Below, in pieces: positions 37,833 through 50,640 of a stretch of DNA of 64,000 nt; the first letter of the stretch is position 1, and each line of letters starts with the position of its first letter. The translations under genes and the position numbers were made by a program. This DNA comes from Octopus sinensis (lineage: Eukaryota). The notes beneath the pieces are model-generated. The model had not been told where the DNA came from. It was given only the letters and a program-made list of their open reading frames with translations, and searched no databases. The stretch spans positions 75,640,001 to 75,704,000 of the forward strand of contig NC_042999.1 of assembly GCF_006345805.1 (NCBI RefSeq), in the 5' to 3' direction.

Positions 37833-39749
37833 TTACTTTTCAGAGCTTTCGGTCTTATTTACTCAGGTTGATTCTGTGAGAGCGGACAGCAACCTGATGT
37901 CGGAGGTCTCACAGGATCTCTCTTTGGTACCTGTCAATTAACTTATCGTGCCAATCTCGAAATCCTAGCTGCCCCCAACAAAGCATTTTTGGTGGGCCTG
38001 CTCTCCCCTCATATCAATTCCAATTTCTCTGACATTTTCCTCGAACATAGTTATTAGTGCGCCCAGTGCCCTTACAACTACTGGCATAAGTTACTCTTCT
38101 CATTGCCCACATTCTTGCAGTTTCGTCTTTTAGTAATATATATCTCTTCATCATTTCCAGCTCTTAGTCATCTACGTGTGCATTCCATGATCTTGGTTTC
38201 CTTTTTTCTATATCCACCACAATAATGTCTGGTATTCGGGCACCAATTAGGGATTCTCAGTGGATTGTAAAATCCCACAGGATCTTATATTCATTATTCT
38301 CAGTGACGCCTTCTAGTTCATGCTTGTATCATTTCCGTGCTGTGCCCAGACCGTACATTTCACAGTCTCCTGTGAGTAAACTTAGCCACGTTATTGTGCC
38401 ACCTTTTATAGTGTTTTTGGACTAGCTTGTTACACTTGTAGGATTGTTTCGTTTTTGCTGCTACACATCCTACAAAAGTGCAATTTACTGCTCTTATCTA
38501 TTTGGAACTTGGTGTAATTAGTTCTCAGAGGTTGTTCCTGGGTGCTGCATATCAGTACCATAGTGCATCCTTTCAGATCACTTTCATCATTTTCATCACT
38601 ATTATCTCCAAATGTTGGTCTTGTCTTTCTCTTCGATTTCTCTGAGGTATTGCCCATGCAGTTTTCAGTTTTCAGTTGTTTATTCTTTGTTCTTTATTTT
38701 GTTGCTTAAATATTTTTGACTGCGTCACATTTTCGGTAGGCATCGTGTTATTATTTCTAACAACAACAAGCAAGTGTTCACTCTGCTGTTTGATGTAACA
38801 GCCCAGACTTCTCGTCGACAATACAAATCTTGCATTCAATGAGGCCTCTTCCTCCCTGGTTTCTAGGCACATACAATATCGCTTTTGGGGTGTAGTTCCT
38901 TGTTAATTGTCATCACTTTCCTAGTTTTTCTATCCATTTCCTCAAGCTCGTTCTTTGTCCATCCAACGACGCCTGCGCTGTATCGCATTAAGGAAACATT
39001 CCATGTGTTCATTGCCCTGATCTTATCCTTTCTATTGAGTCTACTTCCCATAATTAATTTGGTTCGTCTGAGATATTCTCGCCTAAAGCTTTTCTTAATG
39101 CCATCCTCCTTGATCTTGTCATACTCCAAAATACCCAGATACTTATATCCATCAGTCTCAACGGCCTTGTTTTTCTCACTGTTGGGTAGTTCTACACCAT
39201 CAGATGATACTACACTTTTTAGTCCCAAATTCCATCCCAACATCCTTACTGAATATCTGCATTGTTGTGATCAGACCATTTATTTCACGTTAAGTCATAA
39301 CAGATTATTTAATTTTTCTCCACCACTTTTCAAGGTGTAACCCGATGTCACTTTTCGTAGTGTGAGAGATATCTTACAAATCACAAACAGCAATGGTAAC
39401 AGGCTATGTCCCCGAAATATGCCGCTTTTGATGTCAATCCTCGCCAAAAATTGTCCATATGATGCTAACTCTGTATTTCAATTCTTCATTGATTTCCAGA
39501 TAAAATTTAAGATGTTATCAGACACCTTAAGATGTTATCAGACAATACTTTCTAAAATCCGGGAACAGGGAGCCATGTCATACTCTTTCTTATAATTGAT
39601 CCACGCCATACTCAGGTTAGTAAGTCTTTTCTTGCAGTCGCTCAGCACCATTCTGCCTATCAGAAGTTGATCTTTGTTCCTCAGCTTTTCCTCCAGCATC
39701 CCTTCTGTTCCACTGGCAGTTTGTCATTCATTTCTGGGAATTAGATATC
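37833..39749 (-). mobile_element. Old 5'-truncated R4/Dong-clade RLE retrotransposon in (TAA)n
   Basis: KDQLL...MVLSDCKKRLTNLSMAWINYKK; YKYLGILEYD; CRMCSSKNETI; WHNNVA; VVVRALGA...ALLG.AARI. Many stops and frameshifts; TAA repeats at both ends. Confidence 0.88.
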
Positions 39750-39756
39750 ATTATTA

Positions 39757-39845
<89 letters not shown>

Positions 39846-39950
39846 GAGTGAGAGAGCAGTGCATGCCATCAAAGTGATACTGGGGTAAAATATACGAAGC
39901 CCAGTATACCTATCATGACTACCCGTCTGATAAGGGTACACTAGGCACAT
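39846..39950 (-). mobile_element. 105-bp insert in (TAA)n, probable 3' end of a third TAA-associated element
   Basis: Minus strand ends ...gcatgcactgctctctcactc-AATAATAAT; no similarity to the 3' ends of the two flanking R4 elements. Confidence 0.55.
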
Positions 39951-39968
39951 ATTATTATTATTATTATT

Positions 39969-42473
39969 CTATGGTTGACTTTTGCTTTATATTTGTACAA
40001 GTTGGCTCCAAGTCTCACCCAGAGACCTCAAGAGACAACAGGGTTGGAAGTTCATGTTGTTGTTATGCCTAGTGTGCCATATATTTGGGGGGTGGGGATG
40101 TTGTACTAATGAATGTCTAAAAAAAAAAAGTTTTTTTTTTTTTTTTTTAAACCGAAAATTATGGTTGTTTTAAACCTTGAGGTTACATAGAGAGTATTTT
40201 GCGTAGGATATGAGCAGTTCCCATGAGCACTATCTTTTGAACTTCTGCCATTTTTGGGTTTCCTGGTATCTGAGTTAGGTAGCTATCAGCCCCTTTTGCT
40301 ATCATTCCCAGGGCACCTATGACAACAGGTATTGTTTTAGTCTTCAGCTTCCACATTTTGCTGATTTCTATTTCAAGATCTTTATATTTGCTCAGTTTTT
40401 GGTAGGTCCTGACAGATACGTTTATATCGATTGGGACAGTCATATCAATGAGGAGGCATGTTCTTTGTTTGAAGTCTTTCAATATGATGTCTGGCCTATT
40501 TGCATCTATCTTCCTGTCAGTTTGAATGGTGAAGTTCCAGAGGAGTGAGATCTGGTCATTTTCAAGCACTGGGGGTGGTTTGTGTTCCCACCAGTTTTTC
40601 TCATGGGGCAACTCCAGGTTTTTACAGATTACCCAGTGAATATATTGTGCAGCTCTATCGTGCCTGTTGAGATACTCTGTAGGCGCTAGAAGACTGCACT
40701 TGGAGACCACATGGTCAATGGTTTCATTTTGTTGCTTGCATACACGACACGTTGGACTGCTTCTGATCTTTAATATGTTGGCCTGGTAGTTTCTTGTTGG
40801 TAGGCATTGATCTTGAGCTGCTATGATAAACCCCTCTGTTTCAGATTTTAAGCCAGAGGCCATTAGCCATTGATGGGTCAGGGCTTTGTCGATATCTGCA
40901 TTATTCGCTCTCTTTGGGTATTTGCCGTAGAGAGGTTTTTCTTGCCATTTATTATTCAGAATATCTAAGGCCGCAGTTTTGGCACGGGTTTTCATGCGCC
41001 TAGCTTTTTCTGTGCTTGTTTCTTGTATGTATATCTCTAATTCCGAAATTGGTTGTATTCGGAATTCACTTAGATATTCCTTTGCCTGTTTTGTTACTGA
41101 GTATGATGCTTTCTTGTTTTCATGTTTTGAGACAAGTTTTAACATCCAGTCCTCAGAGTTTTTCAGGTAGGTGTCTAGGCCAATTGTAGCAATCTTCATT
41201 GTTATTGCCAGTTGCAAAAGACCACGGCCTCCCTCTTTTCTTGGCAGATAGAGTCGTTCTGTATCTGCCTTAGGGTGGTGCATTCTATGCATTGTCAACA
41301 GTTTCCTTATTTTTCTGTCGAGCTGACATATTTCAGTAATTGACCAGTTAACAATATTGAAACTGTAAGTCACGACTGGTATAGCTAATGCATTGATTGC
41401 TTCGATCCTGTTTCTTGCATTCAGCTCTGTCTTGAGTATTGCTCTCACTCTTCGATAGCATTCTCTCCTGATCCTTTCCTTCATCTCTGAATGCCTTATT
41501 CCGTTCCCTTCAATTACCCCTAGGTACTTGTAGCTCTCCGCTGGGTCTAGTTCTTTTATGACATTCTGTTGGTCAAGGTTAACGTTAGATGTTTCTGTCA
41601 TTTTTCCTTTGATAAAGGTAGCCTTTGCACATTTATCGAGGCCGAATTGCATTCTGATGTCGTCACTGAATTGTTTGACTATCGCTAGTAAGCCCTTGAG
41701 TTGTTGATCATTTTTTGCAAAAAGCTTTAAATCATCCATGTAAACGAGATGATTTATATTTTTATCAAACATTTTATACCCGTACTGCGCGTCATTGAGC
41801 AGCTTTGAGAGAGGTATTAAGGATAAACAAAAGAGGAGTGGTGACAGTGAGTCACCCTGGAAAATGCCACACGAAATTTTTACATCACCAGCATTTAGGG
41901 ATTCACTGTCACTGTTCAGAGTTAGTGTGGTTCTCCATGATCTCATACTTACAGTCAAGAAGTTTCGCAGAGTTGGTGCTATCTTATACATTTCAAGGCA
42001 TTTCCTAATCCAGCTATGTGGTAGGCTATCAAAAGCCTTTTTATAGTCTATCCAGGCTATTGATAAGTTTTTGTGTCGTTTGTGACAATCTTCTAAGATC
42101 ATCTTATTGATGAGTAGTTGGTCTTTACAGCCGTAGGATCCGCGTTTACATCATTTCTGTTCATTAGGGAATATGCTGCTGTCTGTTAAAAAACTATAGG
42201 TATATTCCGTCAGGACAGATGTTAGAGTTTTGTACATAGTTGTTAAGCAGGTTATGGGTCTATAGTTTTTTGGTTCATTTGTTTCTTCACTTTTTGGAAG
42301 CAGGAATGTTAACCCATTAACTAGCCAAGGAGGCATCCTACTAGGGTGTTGCAGAACATCATTGTACAGTTCTGTTAGCAGTTCATGGCTCTCTGGGAAG
42401 GCATTCAGCCAGAAGTTAGGAATTTTATCCTTTCCTGGAGACTTCCATTTGCTTGACCTCCTGAGAGCAGATC

Positions 42474-42476
<3 letters not shown>
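39969..42476 (-). mobile_element. Young 5'-truncated R4/Dong-clade non-LTR retrotransposon in (TAA)n
   Basis: RT-RLE reading frame, ~210-bp 3' UTR ending caaccatag-AATAATAAT; TAA arrays on both sides. Confidence 0.95.
40183..42102 (-). CDS. Reverse transcriptase and restriction-like endonuclease (639 aa; frame extends to ~42476 through one TGA at 42153-42151)
   Basis: AWIDYKKAFDS, GIFQGDSLSPLLF, YMDDLKLF, YKYLG; CCHC CRVCKQQNETIDHVVSKC; RHD; RPDIILKD...LIDMTVP; K..KY. The upstream segment has KSPGKDKI and NYRPITCL. Confidence 0.95.
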   Translation of the reverse strand: MILEDCHKRHKNLSIAWIDYKKAFDSLPHSWIRKCLEMYKIAPTLRNFLTVSMRSWRTTLTLNSDSESLNAGDVKISCGIFQGDSLSPLLFCLSLIPLSKLLNDAQYGYKMFDKNINHLVYMDDLKLFAKNDQQLKGLLAIVKQFSDDIRMQFGLDKCAKATFIKGKMTETSNVNLDQQNVIKELDPAESYKYLGVIEGNGIRHSEMKERIRRECYRRVRAILKTELNARNRIEAINALAIPVVTYSFNIVNWSITEICQLDRKIRKLLTMHRMHHPKADTERLYLPRKEGGRGLLQLAITMKIATIGLDTYLKNSEDWMLKLVSKHENKKASYSVTKQAKEYLSEFRIQPISELEIYIQETSTEKARRMKTRAKTAALDILNNKWQEKPLYGKYPKRANNADIDKALTHQWLMASGLKSETEGFIIAAQDQCLPTRNYQANILKIRSSPTCRVCKQQNETIDHVVSKCSLLAPTEYLNRHDRAAQYIHWVICKNLELPHEKNWWEHKPPPVLENDQISLLWNFTIQTDRKIDANRPDIILKDFKQRTCLLIDMTVPIDINVSVRTYQKLSKYKDLEIEISKMWKLKTKTIPVVIGALGMIAKGADSYLTQIPGNPKMAEVQKIVLMGTAHILRKILSM

Positions 42477-42536
<60 letters not shown>

Positions 42537-42576
42537 TATTATTATTATTGTTATTATTATTATTGTTATTATTATT

Positions 42577-42779
42577 AAGCAACTAGCTGCCAGAATTTTT
42601 ACCACACCGAGCGAAAGGCTCAATGTCATTTTGTTAGTCTTTAGGTTCTGAGTTTTAATTCCGCTGAGGAAGACTTTGCCTTTCATTCTTTCAGGGTAGC
42701 TAAATAAGTTACCAGTCAAGTACTTATTTTTCCCCACTCCCCATAAATTACAGGCCTTGTGCTTATAGTTGAAACCATT

Positions 42780-42780
<1 letters not shown>
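42577..42780 (+). mobile_element. SINE family B, degenerate, followed by (CAT)n
   Basis: gcaactagctgccagaa head, gttctgagttttaattccgctgagg, gactttgcctttcat body. Confidence 0.75.
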
Positions 42781-42827
<47 letters not shown>

Positions 42828-44239
42828 TTTAAAAACAATCTTTATCAGTCGTTACTCTGAGTTTTCAGAGTCGATTATTCAAACGATTAAAACAGAGAAA
42901 CAGTGTGACTATAAGTAAAAACTTTTGGTTAATAACTTTAATCTCACAGTAAAAATCCAAGAAGTTACAGTTCCTAATAAAATAAAAGTCTGCTTTATGT
43001 ATTATAATACGTTTTATTTTGTTTCTAAATATAAACGAACACTACTAATTCACACTCGATACATTCTACTATTTTCTTCGTGCCATTCTTAATGTATCGT
43101 ATGTGGTACATCTCAAGCTACAAGCTCTGCCAATCTTTTTTTCGCAAGACATTAATCCTTTAGAATTTTATCTTGACACTCTAGAAAATCATGCAAAGGC
43201 CTTTAGTATTTCTCTTCCTTTAAACAGTAAAACAAATCGTATTATATATCCTTAAACACACACACACACACACACACACACAAAGATAATGACGCACATA
43301 CATATATACGTTATATATATGTATATGTATGTGAGAGAGTTTGCGTACAAGACGACAACGGTTCAAGAGATTATATAAGGAAGAGAAAGAAAACAAAGTT
43401 GGCGAAAAGAGAAGGATGCATTATGCGAATAAGTGAATAAGCGAATGAGTGAATGAATGATCTGTGCGGAACTGCGTTCAAAATTTGCTTCCAAGTACAG
43501 CAACTTAACTGAAACATCTAAGATGCGTATAAATGCTTAAAAAAGCAATTACTTCGTTAGATTGATTGCAATATAATTGGATATATAATGCCGAAAATGA
43601 AAGCCAATGCCGCCAGTAGTTGTTCAGCAAGCAACACAGAACACCGGTTAGCGATTTTACGACATAGCTGTGTCATAATCTCCCCGGTCTCCTACTCACA
43701 CTGGCCAGAAACATTTAGACCTGTGCATATATAATAGCAAACTTAGAGACGTTTTACAATGCCACACACTGTTTTATAGTCTTCTGTTTCCGTCAGAGCT
43801 ATCAAACTAACATGTAGTCTGTTTATTGCTGGAAAGATATTCGTCAAGAAATATTGGTCACACACGGCTTCAGAAAGAAAAGGAAGAAAGAAGGAAAGAG
43901 GTAAACAGAGATGAACAGTGAAAATTGAACGAGATATTAACAGAGTATTGTTTAATGCATTTCAGTGTAAATTAGTTGTAAGAGAAAATACGTGAGATGC
44001 CTTAGTAAAAGAGAAGAATATGTGGAAATGATAACCACAAATATATTCTCATATTTAGAAGCTCTTGTGTCAAATCTCTTGTGAATATAAAATAGATGCA
44101 CACATGCACATATGCTAGTTACATAAAGGCACACCCACAAACATGCATGAACTAATAGCTATACCGATGCATATAAGTGCACACTCAAACAAACACACAT
44201 ATACATACAAGCATCAACACACACAAACAGATATACATA

Positions 44240-44305
44240 TATATATACATACATATATCTATACATACATATATATAAGTATGTATATATATATATATAT
44301 ATTAT

Positions 44306-44370
<65 letters not shown>

Positions 44371-44415
44371 ATATATACTTATATATATATATATATATAT
44401 AATATATATATATAT

Positions 44416-44477
<62 letters not shown>

Positions 44478-44646
44478 GGATAGATAGATAGATAGAAAGA
44501 AAGAAAGAAAGATAGATAGCTAGATACATACATATATATATATACATATATATGTATATACATATATATATACATATATATATATGTATATACATATATA
44601 TATATATGTGTGTATATATGTATACACACACATATATATATGCACA

Positions 44647-44677
<31 letters not shown>

Positions 44678-44904
44678 CATATATACATATACATATATAC
44701 ACATATTTTTGCATATACATATATATATGCATATATACATATATGTATGCATATATGCATATATACATACATATATATATATACATATATACATACATAT
44801 ATATATATACATATATACATACATATATATATATACATATATGCATACATATATATATATAATATATACATACATATATATATATATATACATACATATA
44901 TATA

Positions 44905-44951
<47 letters not shown>

Positions 44952-45000
44952 ATATATATATAAATACGCATATGTATGTACATATATATGCATATATAAA
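44240..45000. repeat. Large TA/GATA/TACA microsatellite block
   Basis: Directly visible. Confidence 0.95.
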
Positions 45001-45164
45001 TATACTCTTTTACTCGGTCATGCTGGAACACCACCATGGTCTTTCTGCTTTCCACAGTGTTTCACATCACCCACTCCTGTCTGTGTTTTTGTCCCAGCTG
45101 TTTGGTGTAGGAGAAAGTTTGATTCCGCTACCCTCGTTTGCACCTCATGTCGGGCTGTTGGTTC

Positions 45165-45265
45165 AACCAGTTACGCACTGGGGTCGATGTAATCGACTTA
45201 ATACCTATGTCTGTCCTTGTTTGTCCCCTCTATGTTTAGCCCCTTGTGGGCAATAAAGAAATAGG
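45165..45265 (+). mobile_element. Headless SINE-B tail segment
   Basis: accagttacgcactggggtcgatgtaatcgacttaat...gtttagccccttgtgggcaataaagaaata, near-identical to 27970-28066. Confidence 0.85.
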
Positions 45266-47304
45266 TATTATGGAGGGGAGATAAAATTGATAATTGATAA
45301 ACATCAATTATCATTTATTGATTATAAAAAAAATAATATCTCATCTGACAGCTGTATCTGTTGGCGCTATTCAAGGTATTATAAGGGTTAATTACTACAA
45401 TAATAATTATTATTACCATTGTAAATAATTAATTATGCCAACTTAAATAGTGGAACTTCATCAGAGCGGAAAATTAAAGAAAAAGAAAGGAAAAAGAAAG
45501 AGAACGTAAGAAAGTGAGGATATGTCAATTCCTGTTATATGCTATCCCTCTGGAAATCTTTCGATCGACTAAAAAATTTAGTAATAGAATTAGAATAGTT
45601 ATAACACTTAGTGGGACATTCCTGTATACGGGGGGGGGGGGAGCTACTGCCGGCGTGGGTTAAATGTATCATAACTATAGGAGTATTTTGGTTAGATCAT
45701 AAAATGAAAACTAAACAGTAAGAAATAAAATTGAAAATACACCCACTTGGAGTTAATATACCTTTGTTTATAATTCTAATGATTAGATTTAATTAGTATT
45801 TCATTCTTATCTTAGAGTATTTGTTATCTAAGTATGTTTAGTAAATTGCTTGATTTAAGGTAAATTTTCTCGTAGTACTAACCAGCCTGAGAACTCAACA
45901 TTAACTGTACCCATATAGTGCCAATATACTCTTTTAAATTGTTTTACAATAATAGGAACTATGTAACTTTAATGATTATGTAATACTAATTAAACATATT
46001 TAGTATACTGTGGAAACTAGGGAGTCTCATTATTTAATAATATTCAACGTGATTTGGCCTAAATATTAACCGCCTAAATGTAAGTACCTTTTTATTTGTG
46101 CATTGTAGTGTACCTATAAGATGGATCTTTCTTGTGTACCTGTAACCATTCAATTATTACTACAATTTGCTATATATGAGGTTAAGCCTAATTTTCTTCT
46201 AATAGCCTTAACTGAATCACTGAATTACCAGTACTAGTTGCCTCCCCTTGACCATTCTTTCCTCTCTTCACTCTTAGCTCTTGCATGTTATAACGTTAAG
46301 ATACTGAAGGAAACAAGCGGCCCCACACCACCTATATCATTGATTTCTCTCCTGGAACTTTTTCCTTTTCTTGTTTATTTTATAGACAAATCCATTGTGA
46401 CGGTTTTAACTTGTGACTTCGGCTCAAATTGTAACTGACCAACTGTAGAGACCGCTGGACATGCCCCATTGTGAACCATAGGTGTAATAATGTCTGTGAG
46501 TAAACTTTCTTAAGCTCCCTACGGTAATTGCTTACGTTTACTTGAGTTTCCTTAGTTAGTATAGGTACCGCCCTTTGATAATCATGTTTGTATTCTCCTT
46601 ACATACATTTTCTTGATAACCTCCTTTTTCAAACATCCTTCCTCCACCCTTAAACTACATCCATCCGTTAATAAACAGTAGTATTCCCTAGACGACTACT
46701 AGCTCACTCTTTTACTTACGGGCCTCGTAGCCCCCAGATCGTAAATTATATGCTTTTAACATATTGGGCTTCTAGATTTTTTGTCTAGGTCATGTTTTCT
46801 TTCCTTTTCATTCTTCCCTTTGTTTATATTTTATGCTCTTGTTTTTTTACTCCGATGAATCTTCCTACCTTAACTTGAATACCCTATGGAGATGGGGAAC
46901 TTTATTCTTGCATTTATTTATAGACAGCATTTTAGCAACTGATCGGAAAGGGCCGTAAGGGCCATTACGTCACCTATTTTGTTATGTCATGCTTTGTATT
47001 AAAAAATAAATGTGGTCCAGTCGATGTGTTTGTTAATCTGAGTTTTTCCCCATTTTCTGATTATTTGCATTGGTTCCTCATAACGTCTTGTTTATCCTGT
47101 TGTTACCTGCACTCTACGTGCATGGTGTGCCTGCACACCAATGCCCGGAGATGATACGGGTAACGGATACCGATAGTATATACGGATATTTTATCCCTTA
47201 GTCGGCTATTATAACCGCCAACTCTGTTTACGCTATATGTGTGTGTGCGCGTGTGTGTGTGTGTGTGTGTGTTTGTGTGTGTTTGTGCGTGTGTGTGTGT
47301 GTGT

Positions 47305-47414
47305 CTGTGGTAAGTAGCTTGCTTACCAACCACATGGTCTTGGGTTCAGTTCCACTGCGCGGCACCTTAGGTACGTGTCTTCTGCTGTAGCCTCGGGCCG
47401 GCCAATATATATAT

Positions 47415-47468
<54 letters not shown>

Positions 47469-47676
47469 TTTTATGTTTGTGTTTGTACCCATCACTATCG
47501 CTTGACAACCGATGCTAGTGTGTTTACGTCCCCGTAATTTAGCGGTTCGGCAAAAGACACCGATAAAATAAGTACTAGGCTTACAAAGAATAAATCCTGA
47601 GGTCTATTTCCTCGACTAAGCGGTGCTTCAGCATGGCCGTAGTCAAATGATTGAAACAAATAAAAGAATAAAAGAA
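47305..47676 (+). mobile_element. SINE family A
   Basis: gtggtaagtagcttgcttaccaaccacatgg head, TA tract, conserved 3' domain. Confidence 0.88.
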
Positions 47677-47869
47677 CGTATGTGTATATATAAATGAATA
47701 TGTGTGTGTGTGTCTTTGTGTGTGCATATATATATATACATATATAAATTTCCTTTATTTCATTTATGTGTTTGAACTATGCGGCTGTGGTATCCTTTCC
47801 ATAGCCTTTTTATGTGTTTGTTTTCTTCTGCATGGTGGACTTTCATATCACCACTCTTGCATGTCCTGT

Positions 47870-50112
47870 TTTTCGTGGTTTATATTTCGTTTATGAGGGA
47901 GGTTGACACTGCCGCTCTCATCTGTACTTCATACCTTGACATAGGTTCATCTGGTATTGTGGATAAGAGAAAATCCAGTTCCTTTTTGAAGATATCCATA
48001 TCCATATATTGTAGGTACCTTAATTATCTTGGCAGAACATTGAAGAGCTGTGATCCTTTGAATTCCAAGCTATTGCAATGCTTGCTCCTCACTTCAGATG
48101 ATGTGTTTAGATATCTGTTTATTGTTTAACCAAGATGCTGAAATTGGCTTGTTGAGTAATGTTTTAGATAATTGAGTAAATACTAGTTGAACGTATAGTG
48201 TGGATGTTTAAATAATGATTAGTACAACGCAGTGACGTCTAAGAAGGGGTTTGACATAAACTAGCAGTTTCGCCCGGCGTTGCTCGGGTTTGTTTCGACC
48301 CTTTAGAATTAGTATTTTTGAAAAGTAAAAAAAATTTGCCTTATGTAGCTTGTTATTCTAAGTGAACATTTTACTGGTTGAAATACACCGAAAAATGGCG
48401 ACACAACAGTAAAAAAATCGTAAAAAAATAGGGATTTTCATAGAAAAAAAAATCACCTGTTTGATGTAAATAATTTTTGGTGTTAACATGGTCCGATTTG
48501 AATTTTATCTTCTACGGAATGAAGAGCAAGCCTTCTATCATACTCTCAACTTGCGCTGCAGGGTCTCGGAGGAGATAGTGTTAGTTCAAGGCTACCAAAC
48601 CTGCCACACACAGACAACTTCAGCTTTATTTATATAGATGTTGATGCCGAAGTTAAGTACTAACTCTTTCAGAATTTTCGTCATGTAAATTATTAGATAT
48701 CTCCCGCGTCTTCGGACTGGGGAGTAAACTCGTAGGTTTTTCCAGCCTACCTCAGTAATTTATCTGTCGCATTGTAATAATCTTTTTAGTATAGTAGCGT
48801 TGGCTTACTTCAAGCTTCGATGTTAGTTGGACACCATATGATGACCGCAGATGAAATCAATAGTTTAGGTGACCGAAAACAAAGGTATTCCACATGGCCA
48901 ACATAACTTCTTGGTCTCTTGTCCTAAAGTACCTTAGTATCCATCCTGTCAATTGTCTTCACTTCGTTACCATTTTCGTAATGTGGACATGATATGATGC
49001 GTCATTAAGCATACTGATCCCCAAGTCTTTCGCTTTCTGTGGCTCTGGGATTACAGTGCATTCAGGTTCTGTATGCAGGCCGTGGTCCATTTGGGAGCTG
49101 ACAGCGTAGTGCTTGAAATTTTCTAGCATTAAACTGCATGTTGTTTACTTCATCCCAGTTGAATATGGCGTGTAGGTTCTACTATAAGCTTGCGACATCA
49201 TCAGGTTCTTTATTGCTTGTGATAATTTTTATGTCATCAGCGTAGCAATGACAGTGGCTGTCTGAGTGACCATGGGCATATCTAAAATAGTAATGGCCCC
49301 TGGACATTCCTCTGTTTCCCTACTGCCTGACTTGTATGTCTTGAGAAGTCAAGTAGCCACTCTCTTAGTTTACCAGACATGCCAAGATCTCGCAGCTTGT
49401 GACGTATCATGCCATGAACCATCATATCAAAGGTCTTTGCAAAGTCAATATATACCATATCGACATTCGAATAATCGAGCAACTGCTTCAAATCCCAGTC
49501 ATAGTATCGTAAGAGCTGTGTGAGTTTGCTTCTATCCGAACGGAACCAAGTCATTTTCTTCGAGGAACGTTATCAGTTTCCTTCGGACATTTCGTTCCAT
49601 GACTTTGCTGATGTATGAAGTCAGAGAGATAGCCTGTACTTTTTAGCCTCGGTTCTGCTCCAGCCATCATGGACAGGACATATGATGTCCCCTTTTAGCT
49701 TCTTCGGAAGTTTACCACCTGACAGGAAACTCTGGAATAGTATCTGAAATGGTTTCGCTAAAGCTTGTTGACATGATTTCAGAAGAATAGCTGGGACGCC
49801 TTCAGAACCAGCTGCTGGGTTTAAGTTCATTTCATCTACGGCTGCTGTTATACCTGTCATCTCAATGTCGATGGTTCCTGCCTTCCTCTGCCGAGCTATA
49901 ATGCCAAGGATCTCAACCGAGTATATACTCGTATGCGTCCCAGTGAGTAAGTGAAGACATTTTTGAGTTTTTCACTGAGCACTTCACTTACCATTTTGAA
50001 ATTCAAGGTCAGTGAGCCATTCCTTTGGGACAGTGATCCTATTTTGTACTGTATTGTAGTTTTCTTTGCAAATTCACAGAAAGATTTTAGGTTTGTCTTT
50101 ATATTTATCATT

Positions 50113-50188
<76 letters not shown>

Positions 50189-50640
50189 TGCTCTTTTGAT
50201 AGGAGAATTTGATTCTGCCTTCAGTATACTGGAGTGTCCGTCTCATGTCAGACTTTTTACCTTCTTTCAGTTGCCTATTCAATTGGTTTGAGGTTTTTGT
50301 TCTGCGTCTCAAAAATTTTCCTGTCTTCGTGGATTTTATTTTTAGGTTTGCTGACCTTTTATTTAGGACATATTTAGTGTATAGATTTTGCTCTTACGGC
50401 ATAAACTGATTAAGTTTTAAACGCTGTCTTGCATAGACAGACTGTCGGGCCAGTTTTGTTTGCGGATAATTTTGCACATTGAACTCCAATTTGCTTTATG
50501 GAAATTCAAGTTGGATATGGTTTGAATCCTTCTCATAGGGTAGATGCCAGCAGTTCATCTATGACCATACACTGTTAGTTGTACAGAGCAGTGGTCTAAG
50601 AAACCTGTTAGCATTACCTTTGCGTTATGGATTAAAATGC
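47870..50640 (-). mobile_element. Degenerate CR1-clade LINE ORF2 (RT) relic
   Basis: AAGSEGVPAILLKSC; NVDMVYIDFAKTFD; CYADDIKI; RRRERYLIIY; KHCNSLEFKGSQLFN; KKELDFLLSTIPDEP. Interrupted by a Helitron and a (CT)n tract. Confidence 0.88.
48261..48638 (-). mobile_element. Non-autonomous Helitron inserted at A|T inside the CR1
   Basis: 5' A|TCTATATAAATAAAG; 3' cccgagcaacgccggg hairpin + CTAG|T. The CR1 reading NFGI...YVK continues across it. Confidence 0.88.
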
